64,000 nt of DNA, from the IMG/VR virus record IMGVR_UViG_3300015370_000568, positions 32,001 through 96,000 of that record. One strand, written 5' to 3'. A model generated the notes under the pieces. The model was not told where the DNA came from. It ran no database searches and saw nothing but the letters and a program-made list of their open reading frames with translations. How positions within the stretch are numbered: position 1 is the stretch's first letter; every line of letters starts with the position of its first letter. Made by a program: the position numbers and the translations under genes. This stretch comes from a virus. This document shows positions 44,692 to 52,924 of the stretch, one piece after another.

Positions 44692-45818
44692 TGTGATACC
44701 TCTTCCAAAGCTTCTAGATAAATCTTACCTACAGCATCCCAACTCAGTTTATCTCGATCTACTTTAGCTTGTTCAGCTTTTCTCTGCAACAGTTCTCTAT
44801 TCTCATAAGCCTCTCTCATAGCTGCTCTCAAAGCCATAATACTAGGGTCTGCCCAATTCTGGTCAGCGGTATAGAGACCATTAGACATGTTTTGCATGCC
44901 GATTACAGGCATCAATCTAGACTCTACTAGCCAAGAGTTTTGTTGAGTAGTAAAATCTAAATGGCCGCCAAAATCAGGAACAATAGAAGGTTTGCCCGCA
45001 GCTAATGCTTCTAGCATGGGAAGACAAAAACCTTCTCCACGAGTAGGTAAGACAAAGACATCACCCAGAGCATGAAGAGACCTTATCTGTGCTGTTGATA
45101 GCAGCGACGAAACAAGAACTACTTTTGGAAAAGCCTTGTTATCGAGAAGAATTCTGCTCTTCACCGAAGCAATTGCTTGCTTCAAGTGTCCTACCTGGTC
45201 TGGTTCATGGTTGGCCATGTAGGTCTTTAGAATCAAAACTACATCGCCTTGACCAGCAAATTCTGTCCAATAGGCTACTAGAAGAGCTAAAGGATTTTTG
45301 CGCTCGATGAACTGGAAAATAGAATAGAACTTGAAAACATTGTCCGGCACACCATCTAATTGAAGAGGCTCAGCTTCCTTGTAAGCGTCAATATCAATAC
45401 CATGAGGGATGACATAGATTGGCTTATCTGTCTCTTTGGCTACTACTTTTTTATTCCACTGACAGGGTACAAAGATGACGTCGAGATGGGATAATTGAGG
45501 AACCCAACGACGAGGAAGACGGTCTGTTTCCCAGGCAAAGTATCCAATGACTCGTTTTCCTACTTCTTTGAAGAAAGGTAGAGAATAATGTTCTGGAGTA
45601 AGATGAATGATATTTGTATCATAGTCTATCCGAGCACTCATCATACTTCTAAGTAGCTCACCTGTAGCTCCTAAATCAGGTCGTTGTTTTTCAAAAGAAG
45701 CTGGCTGAACTCTGATAGGAATACCTGCTTTATGGAGCAAGAGAATATAGTTTCTTGCCGCCTCTCCGTATCCCGAGACGTCCGCGACAGCGCCACAATA
45801 TCTAATACCCTTTACCAT
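44688..45818 (-). CDS. GT4 glycosyltransferase
   Basis: SGYG, WET, IPHGID, ERKN, PTRGEGFCLPMLEALAAG. Confidence 0.92.
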   Translation of the reverse strand: MVKGIRYCGAVADVSGYGEAARNYILLLHKAGIPIRVQPASFEKQRPDLGATGELLRSMMSARIDYDTNIIHLTPEHYSLPFFKEVGKRVIGYFAWETDRLPRRWVPQLSHLDVIFVPCQWNKKVVAKETDKPIYVIPHGIDIDAYKEAEPLQLDGVPDNVFKFYSIFQFIERKNPLALLVAYWTEFAGQGDVVLILKTYMANHEPDQVGHLKQAIASVKSRILLDNKAFPKVVLVSSLLSTAQIRSLHALGDVFVLPTRGEGFCLPMLEALAAGKPSIVPDFGGHLDFTTQQNSWLVESRLMPVIGMQNMSNGLYTADQNWADPSIMALRAAMREAYENRELLQRKAEQAKVDRDKLSWDAVGKIYLEALEEVSQ

Positions 45819-45829
45819 ACTCTTATCTC

Positions 45830-48385
45830 CTAGCACTCTATCGTAGTTACTGTACCTGATATTTGTTTACGAGCCAAGGGTGTATTTATAGCCATCTTAA
45901 AAAGCTTTACCCATTTAGGAGTAATAGCTCGCCAATCATACTTTTCTGCCCATTGTCTACCTAACTGCTTTTTCAAATGAATCTGCGGGTCTTTTCTATC
46001 CCACATCTTCTTGAACTTGAATAGCAAACTCTGAACATCCTCATCTCTACCTATTGGTCTATAACCAGAGGCATCTATGTAAGTCATCTCCTTACAAGGA
46101 TATCTAAACCCCCGCCCATGACCAAAAAGTTCATCATGTACTGTATTAGAAGGAACAATAACTGGTACACCAGCAGCCATTGCTTCGATGGCTGAATTAT
46201 GTAAGATAACGCCATTCCCGACAAAACTATGAGCCTGGTCTACCTGGATATCTAGCACTAGACGCTGATCTAGATGTTGAATATTTGATACCCGAACAAA
46301 AAATAGATTGTCATGGTCTATGTAATGATACATTCTTCGTTTTGTCCAACTTTTTGTTTTGTCTCCTAGTCCTGCCCATGCTGAGAATTGTTCATAAGCA
46401 GGGCCCGAAACACTAACAACCCATCGTGGTCGATGATTCTCGGATGAAGAATAAGACTGAATAGTAGACCAAATGTTATTCGCCAGCAAGATGTCACGAA
46501 CCTGCCAGGCCATGGTACGAGAGACTGTTGTTAATCGAAAAGACCGACCTGAATCATTACCGTCTCCTAAAAAGAGACAACCAAGCATTGGCCCTAAATA
46601 TTTTGCAGCATTATACAATTCAGAAGGGATTGTTTTATTGACAGCATGTATCCCACAAAATGCTCCCATAAACTCTGCAAAGACAGATGAACAAGCTATT
46701 AGTCGAGACGAGAAACAGCCATGTTTTTCTGTTATAGTATGAATACCTACTATATCTTTGAGATACTCTGCAAAAAATTCTGCAATAGGTTTCTCTCTTA
46801 TATGTAAGTCTAGTTCGACAAAAGATCCTCCTCCATTACTGCCTTCTGCTAAATACCAACCTACAAACATAAGAAATCGCTCATCAACTTTAATTCTTCT
46901 AGAAACTTTTACTATAGTATTATTGACTTGTAAGGTTTCCTCTTGAATAGTTGTAGCAACCTGGTAAGCTTTTGATCCTTTTAAGCCTCTAGAGGGTAAT
47001 GAGCATCCTAGACAAACTCGTCTAGCATCTTCTGCTACACGTTTAGATACTTTATATTTTTCTTGGATATTGCTGATTGATAAACCTTGTGCTGAAGGAG
47101 AATATCCCATCTTATACCAAATCGACTTTTCGTCATATTCAACTTTGTCTTTATCAATCCAGTCCAAAAGATCTATACATAAGGGCAGCTCAGCACGTAA
47201 TTGTGGTTTAGCAATAGCCACCAAATCGCTTGCCTTGATTGCTTTCAATGGAACCCACTGAGGAATAGCATTCTCGTACTCAGCACGATGCTTAGCTAAG
47301 TTTCCCTTGTCCTGAATAGCTAAAAAGGGATGTTCCGCAGTAACAATCGTAGGTGGTACTCCATGTATTTTTACTTGATAAACATCTGCCTTTCTACTCA
47401 TTTGTTGTAGAACAGGCCGATAAGTTCCTTCATGAGTGAGTACTTCCTCTCCAACTTGAAGAGCCTGCATCTCCTTAACTTTTCCATTCTTGGTAGAGAT
47501 AAGAGTAAGAGGATCGACACACATTCCGAATCCTTCGCCTAGAGTCGTAGTAAAAAAGACATCAGAAGTATTGAAGATTTGATTCATAATGTGGTCTGGA
47601 AAACCATGAACAGTTACATAATTAGTGGGGAAAAATACATCTCTCCCAATCTTTAATCCTAAATGATCACATGCCGATATCAAATCAATACCATTATCTG
47701 TCGGGTCAGTGTGAATATTTAGCACACATTCATCATATTTCTTTTTGAGAGCAGCAAAAGCAGATAAAGTTTGGGGCAAGTTTTTTCTTTTATTGTTTCT
47801 ATTCACGTTCAAGACAACAAACTTACCTTCACCATAAACATCTCGTCGAAGTTCTTCTATTTGTTTAGCTGGTAAGGGTTTATAAGTTTGAGAGTCCACG
47901 CCGTGATAGATAAAAGGCATATTCTTTAGATGTGGATAAACCTTTAAGACCTCCTCTTTAGCCCACTGTGTATAGGCTACAGGATAGTCAGCTATCTCAA
48001 GAAAATGAGACTTGGAAGGATAAATACGACAATCGACCGGGAAGTAATAGATAATCGGCGCACGATTAGCAACATTTGCTATTTCTTGCCAGACCTGTTC
48101 AATAACAAACAAGTCATTTAGAATGAAAACGGCATCCCATTTTCCTTCTGTCAGTAATTGAATGAAAGCCTTACATCCATATGGGTCTTCAGGTACTGGC
48201 CATTTCGCTGGAATGATTCGATAGTTAGGGCCCTTGTCTGCATGAATCTGAAAATGATTGATAGCCAGAATCGTTATATCATACTCGCCTGTATCATATA
48301 ACGCTCCAAGTATCCAGCGATTAACCCTGCCAAAACCCGTACTGGACATCGGAGAATCGCCCCAGACAAGTAATGATTTCCGCAT
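45830..48385 (-). CDS. GT4 glycosyltransferase, intein-containing
   Basis: TGFG, HGVD, NRNNKRKN, GEGFGM|intein|SAIEAMAAGVPVI. Confidence 0.92.
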   Translation of the reverse strand: MRKSLLVWGDSPMSSTGFGRVNRWILGALYDTGEYDITILAINHFQIHADKGPNYRIIPAKWPVPEDPYGCKAFIQLLTEGKWDAVFILNDLFVIEQVWQEIANVANRAPIIYYFPVDCRIYPSKSHFLEIADYPVAYTQWAKEEVLKVYPHLKNMPFIYHGVDSQTYKPLPAKQIEELRRDVYGEGKFVVLNVNRNNKRKNLPQTLSAFAALKKKYDECVLNIHTDPTDNGIDLISACDHLGLKIGRDVFFPTNYVTVHGFPDHIMNQIFNTSDVFFTTTLGEGFGMCVDPLTLISTKNGKVKEMQALQVGEEVLTHEGTYRPVLQQMSRKADVYQVKIHGVPPTIVTAEHPFLAIQDKGNLAKHRAEYENAIPQWVPLKAIKASDLVAIAKPQLRAELPLCIDLLDWIDKDKVEYDEKSIWYKMGYSPSAQGLSISNIQEKYKVSKRVAEDARRVCLGCSLPSRGLKGSKAYQVATTIQEETLQVNNTIVKVSRRIKVDERFLMFVGWYLAEGSNGGGSFVELDLHIREKPIAEFFAEYLKDIVGIHTITEKHGCFSSRLIACSSVFAEFMGAFCGIHAVNKTIPSELYNAAKYLGPMLGCLFLGDGNDSGRSFRLTTVSRTMAWQVRDILLANNIWSTIQSYSSSENHRPRWVVSVSGPAYEQFSAWAGLGDKTKSWTKRRMYHYIDHDNLFFVRVSNIQHLDQRLVLDIQVDQAHSFVGNGVILHNSAIEAMAAGVPVIVPSNTVHDELFGHGRGFRYPCKEMTYIDASGYRPIGRDEDVQSLLFKFKKMWDRKDPQIHLKKQLGRQWAEKYDWRAITPKWVKLFKMAINTPLARKQISGTVTTIEC
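46196..47521 (-). mobile_element. intein (442 aa) with LAGLIDADG homing endonuclease
   Basis: Begins CVDPLTLI, block B VTAEHPF, motifs VGWYLAEGS and LGCLFLGDG, ends SFVGNGVILHN before Ser. Confidence 0.95.
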
Positions 48386-48404
48386 AGTAGCTTCTTTCTA
48401 ACAG

Positions 48405-49454
48405 TTATACTTCTTCAATCATAATACCTTGAGTATTAAGATGGCCTTCTTTTATTTGTGAATCGTATTGACCTTGTAGAGCTCGTTCAGTAGCTAGAAT
48501 GACATCATTAGAAGAAAGTCTATTCCAACAAGCATAACCGAAGGAGCAATTCTCATACCAAGATGTGTAACATTTAAGACCTTTACCTGGACAGATTCCT
48601 ACACTATTAGGATAGTAGTTGAGTCTGCTTTCAGGAGGAGTTGGGCCGAAAAGACCGATTAAAGGCCGTTTAAGGGCTCCTGCTACATGTAACATGGCAC
48701 TATCTGGAGCTATAGTGCAATGACAGACATTGATTAGTGCTGCGAGGAGACGAAGAGAATAGTTTTTCAGATGAATACAGTTCATCAAAGAAAAATCTAC
48801 TGGCCCGGCCCAATCAGTACCGTGAGTAGAGACAAAGATAGCACAAGAAGGCCATCTGATTCTTAGAGCAGATAGAATCTGTTTACTTTGGTCGACTGTT
48901 ACGCTTCTTTTTCGATTAGAAGCGAAAGGCTGATAGAAAATGATGGGAGTTCTTTCAGTAACATGACTGGCCGCCAGAAAATCATTGGCCCATTTGATTT
49001 CTTCAGGCTTCAGAACATAAACTGTCTGAGTATCATGAAGACTTAAGCCGGCAGACCAAGCAAATAAGTCTATTCTATTTGGAGGAATTCTTCCTGGTAA
49101 TTCCATCGGAACACAAGGACAATCCATGTTTAGAACAATATCAAACTGTTCGAGGTCAACAATTCTGTAGTCAGCAATATTGTTGATATGGGGATTGCCC
49201 CAGACTGTTTCTACTAATACTCCATCACAATACTCAGGAGAAGTGACGAGAGTTATACTACAGTTAGGAAAAATATACTTCAACTCTTTGAAAGTAGGAG
49301 TTAGCATCAAGAGGTCACCGATACCTCCTCTTGGTCGCCAAACAGCTATTTTCCAGGGAGCCTGAGCATTTAGTTCTCTTGCTCTAGGAATAGGAATAGA
49401 AGGCCAATTAAGGAGAGACCTCTCCGAAGGGAATAATTTGTCGCGCTGAGTCAC
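48405..49454 (-). CDS. GT9 (heptosyltransferase-like) glycosyltransferase
   Basis: GGIGDLLMLTP, APDSAMLHVAGAL, GLFGPT, C-terminal Cys cluster. Confidence 0.9.
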   Translation of the reverse strand: MTQRDKLFPSERSLLNWPSIPIPRARELNAQAPWKIAVWRPRGGIGDLLMLTPTFKELKYIFPNCSITLVTSPEYCDGVLVETVWGNPHINNIADYRIVDLEQFDIVLNMDCPCVPMELPGRIPPNRIDLFAWSAGLSLHDTQTVYVLKPEEIKWANDFLAASHVTERTPIIFYQPFASNRKRSVTVDQSKQILSALRIRWPSCAIFVSTHGTDWAGPVDFSLMNCIHLKNYSLRLLAALINVCHCTIAPDSAMLHVAGALKRPLIGLFGPTPPESRLNYYPNSVGICPGKGLKCYTSWYENCSFGYACWNRLSSNDVILATERALQGQYDSQIKEGHLNTQGIMIEEV

Positions 49455-50461
49455 TAAACACCTGCGTAGAGGAGACAGCCTTTGGCAACAGCATACAAAG
49501 GATTATTTGCATGCCGAACTTCACGAATAACTAGTGGAAAATCAGCTGGCTTTGATTTTTCTAGTAAAGAGACAAATCCTTTCATTTGACTAGTCCCGCC
49601 AGCAACTACTAAAGGAATTGGGTCTTTGAACTTGGGCAGACCACCTTGCTTTGTCTTCAGGTATTGAGAAAGATTGGCCCAGAAATAGTCAATCAGACGC
49701 TTGTAGTAGATACAAATAGCCTTATGAATAGGAGGAAGAGCATTCAAAGTAGCATCGTCAATATCTATATTGATATCGCCGGATTCTTTTTCTACCTGTA
49801 CTTCTGAATCTTCAAGACGTAATGCCTGTGCTACCATTCTATCAATCCAGTCACCGCTTCTAACTAGTGATAGACGTAAAATAGCTTCGCCTCCAGACAT
49901 CAGACATACATTACACATCCCTGCGCCGGCTGACAAGGAAATTCCGGTTAAGTCATCATCCATCAACTCAGAGTAGCAAATAGCCTCAGCTTCATTTAGA
50001 GAGATAGCTTTGTATCCTAGTGTAGTAATGAAACTTCCAAAAACTGATTCATGATAGCCGACATCAAATTGTTCTGAAGACTGGTCAATAGGTTGTGCCG
50101 GAACAGAATAAACAACAGCTTCACCAGCTTCAGATGGTTTACCTAGAAGCTTCTCTATGATATGACGAAGCACAGAGAAAGAATCCTTCTCCTTAGGCGA
50201 TACAATACCTCGCTGAAGGGGTCTCAAAGCCGAGCTATTTCGTTCAACAGCCTTGTCAATAGCATCCTGGCCAATAACAATAAACACCCCGTCTTGTTTG
50301 AAATAAGACTTCCCCGCTAATCCTTTCTCTATCATCATGGCAGCCATAGGAGTTGAAGGGAAGATGCGAAAGAAAGCATCACGAATCAGTTTGAAATCAG
50401 TACCCTTCTTGACTTCCTTGGCTGAGATTAGAGAAGAAGTACCAATATCTAACCCTTTCAT
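49454..50461 (-). CDS. actin-fold (MreB/FtsA/ASKHA) ATPase
   Basis: GLDIGTS phosphate-1, NEAEA connect-1, SAGAGMCN phosphate-2, SGDWID, VVAGGTS adenosine, AVAKG connect-2. Confidence 0.85.
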   Translation of the reverse strand: MKGLDIGTSSLISAKEVKKGTDFKLIRDAFFRIFPSTPMAAMMIEKGLAGKSYFKQDGVFIVIGQDAIDKAVERNSSALRPLQRGIVSPKEKDSFSVLRHIIEKLLGKPSEAGEAVVYSVPAQPIDQSSEQFDVGYHESVFGSFITTLGYKAISLNEAEAICYSELMDDDLTGISLSAGAGMCNVCLMSGGEAILRLSLVRSGDWIDRMVAQALRLEDSEVQVEKESGDINIDIDDATLNALPPIHKAICIYYKRLIDYFWANLSQYLKTKQGGLPKFKDPIPLVVAGGTSQMKGFVSLLEKSKPADFPLVIREVRHANNPLYAVAKGCLLYAGV

Positions 50462-50497
50462 ATTCTACTGCCTCCTGGCTTTTACAGATTATCATGC

Positions 50498-50920
50498 TTA
50501 TTGACGAGAAAGCAACCCCTTTAACTTCTTCCTAGCCTCACCTACATTCTCAGATACTGATTCTTCTTGTACATTTACCGCCCCTTCCAATTCAACAGTT
50601 TCTTCAGCAGCATAGACTAAACTATCATCAATCTCTACAGGAATAAATCTCTCCTGAGCAGGAGAAATCGTCTGGACAGAAGAAGGAGCTGAAGGAGAAA
50701 CAACTAAACCACTAAGCTTCTGCAAGAGAGCAGTCAGTAGATGAGTATTTCCTTCTTTGACAGCTTCAGTAATCATTTGGTTGATAAGTTCTCTATCCTC
50801 ACTGGATAGTTGTTTAGATTCTATTACTTCTGGTGGCTTTTTTAATGTAGGACGAGGCCCAGGAACACCTTTGAATGGACGCAAGACTCCCTGTTCCAGC
50901 CGGTATCCCGGATAATGCAC
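50498..50920 (-). CDS. hypothetical protein upstream of actin-like gene
   Basis: Probable GTG start at 50920; acidic segment then basic C-terminal helix. Confidence 0.6.
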   Translation of the reverse strand: MHYPGYRLEQGVLRPFKGVPGPRPTLKKPPEVIESKQLSSEDRELINQMITEAVKEGNTHLLTALLQKLSGLVVSPSAPSSVQTISPAQERFIPVEIDDSLVYAAEETVELEGAVNVQEESVSENVGEARKKLKGLLSRQ

Positions 50921-50921
50921 T

Positions 50922-51344
50922 TTAGTAACACCTAATCTCCCATGTACCAGCAGTCCAAGTAGTAATCTCAATATCACTGACTATACCCTCGAAAGACCAT
51001 ACAGCTGCCGGGCCAATTGAAAGTTCAGCATTGTTAGTAGTTGTCTCAGCTCCTTGAGCCAGAATCTTGATTGAACCCTCAATTCCTGCAGCCCCCATAG
51101 GTCTAAGTGTAGCAAGAGAATCAGCTCGTGGATAGACCATTTGTCGAGAGTTAATTGTTACTCCCAAATCACATAGTCCATTTGTCTCGATGACAATTCT
51201 TTTTGCTGGCCGTTTTAGAGAGTTCTCTACTCGGACAACATCACCTTGAGCTAGAGCTCCACCGACATCGTTCAAATCAGTAGAATTGAATACCTGGTAT
51301 CGTTCTACTAGCCCACTCTCAATTACTTTAGTTAGGTTCGCCAT
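50922..51344 (-). CDS. putative virion protein
   Basis: AAGGAG SD, beta-rich 140 aa, in structural operon. Confidence 0.55.
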   Translation of the reverse strand: MANLTKVIESGLVERYQVFNSTDLNDVGGALAQGDVVRVENSLKRPAKRIVIETNGLCDLGVTINSRQMVYPRADSLATLRPMGAAGIEGSIKILAQGAETTTNNAELSIGPAAVWSFEGIVSDIEITTWTAGTWEIRCY

Positions 51345-51353
51345 TTTTTCTCC

Positions 51354-52913
51354 TTACCATAGACAAATAGCTACTCCAGAGTTAGTCGGAATAGTCACTG
51401 TACCTGCATTGTAGATTATGACTTCATTCTCTGTTGGTTGAAGCATAACCATTTGGAAAGCTGGGCCTTCCCACCAATCTACACCAGGACCACCTGGGTC
51501 TTCTCGGAAATAAGTCTGAACAATAGGCCTTACTCCTCTATTATGATTGATTTGCCAAAATCCACTAGGAGGAATAGGAGCTGCCAGAGTATATTCTTGC
51601 CGCCGGAATGTATTTTGTGTTGTGTTCCCTATATCTGTAGGGTCACACATCCAATCCAGGTTGTTTTGTAGGTTATCATACGGCTGGTTGTTATAACTAG
51701 TATAGACTCCACTCTCAGCTACTTGAATAGCATCAGTCCAATGTTCATAGACTCCAGAAGGCACTGCTCCAGATGGACCATAATGATGAGTCCTGAATCT
51801 GTTATCAATTGCTCCAACAGCTCTCTCTAATCCCCAGCCGTCTTGAGTTACAAGTTGTGAGCCCCAAGATGAATAAGTAGGAGAGTTATCATTCCAGGCA
51901 GACATCCCTGTAAATGTTATGGCAGCCGTGCCACCATCTACATCATCAAGTCTATAACCCCAGGGATTGATATTAGTTTGAGTACCTTGGCCTTTGACTA
52001 GACCATCAAAAAGGTCACGCACGCCAGACGAAACGACTCCAGCACTAGTTAGAAGAACACTGCCAAGAGGGTCATCCCAAGTACCAGCAACAACATAACC
52101 TTTCATTTGTCGGATGACTCGACGAATAGTATTCAAATCGTCTAGAAGGTCACCAGGAACACCCGTATACAGGTCATCCAGTCCACCACCGCTAGGCTGA
52201 ACATCAGTCTGGGCTGGAGTTGGATTCCCTACTCCTGCATGACTGGCTGTAGCTGGGTCATTTTGCCAAGCACCTACGTTATGAAGGGCTAACAAGGAAG
52301 TAAGTATCTGTCGGATTGTATAAGTAAGAGTCTTAGCCCCAGAACCAGTAAGTTGTGTCGAACTGTTATAGATATCTAGCTCTAATGATTCGATATTGGC
52401 TATGTTGGTATTAATCATTCCGTCGAGAGAAGTTGAAAGACTTGTCCCGCCGAAAATTCTACTACCAATGAGAGCTTTTTGAGAAGCTGTCAGTCCAAAC
52501 TGAGCAGCCTGTAAGGCTTGTTGGAGAGCTGTTTCTGTATCAGAAATAACTGTTCGCAGAGCTTTTACTTGTTCTTTAAGAGTATAGGGTCTATTGCGAG
52601 TTGTATTCCAGAAAAGACCAGACTCTTCACTAGCATCAGTATCTGCATCAATAAACAGTTGTGAGCCGTCTAAACCTTCAACAAAAGCATTCAAATCATT
52701 ATCGAAATCATCTACTTTTTGAAGGGCAGTACCTGTACCATCAGGAAGAAGAGGCATCAAGGGAGTAATATAAGTATTCCATAACGCCGTGATATTACTA
52801 AGGTCTGCACTTAGTTCACGAACAGTATTCCGCCAATCAGCAGCAGAACGAGGCCCTCTTGTCACAGCATTACGAGCGACAAAAGAGAGTCTCATTGTAG
52901 GTTGTTTCGACAT
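51354..52913 (-). CDS. putative virion/fibre protein
   Basis: Gly/Thr/Asp-rich; C-terminal WQINHNRG.RPIVQ fibre-tip-like module. Confidence 0.65.
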   Translation of the reverse strand: MSKQPTMRLSFVARNAVTRGPRSAADWRNTVRELSADLSNITALWNTYITPLMPLLPDGTGTALQKVDDFDNDLNAFVEGLDGSQLFIDADTDASEESGLFWNTTRNRPYTLKEQVKALRTVISDTETALQQALQAAQFGLTASQKALIGSRIFGGTSLSTSLDGMINTNIANIESLELDIYNSSTQLTGSGAKTLTYTIRQILTSLLALHNVGAWQNDPATASHAGVGNPTPAQTDVQPSGGGLDDLYTGVPGDLLDDLNTIRRVIRQMKGYVVAGTWDDPLGSVLLTSAGVVSSGVRDLFDGLVKGQGTQTNINPWGYRLDDVDGGTAAITFTGMSAWNDNSPTYSSWGSQLVTQDGWGLERAVGAIDNRFRTHHYGPSGAVPSGVYEHWTDAIQVAESGVYTSYNNQPYDNLQNNLDWMCDPTDIGNTTQNTFRRQEYTLAAPIPPSGFWQINHNRGVRPIVQTYFREDPGGPGVDWWEGPAFQMVMLQPTENEVIIYNAGTVTIPTNSGVAICLW

Positions 52914-52924
52914 TCATTATCTCC

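Noticed and set aside
29708-49454. Bacterial O-antigen/capsule locus (chromosomal origin or chimeric contig)
   Set aside because: No wzx/wzy/wzm/wzt or priming transferase, and genes are translationally coupled to phage-type genes on both sides
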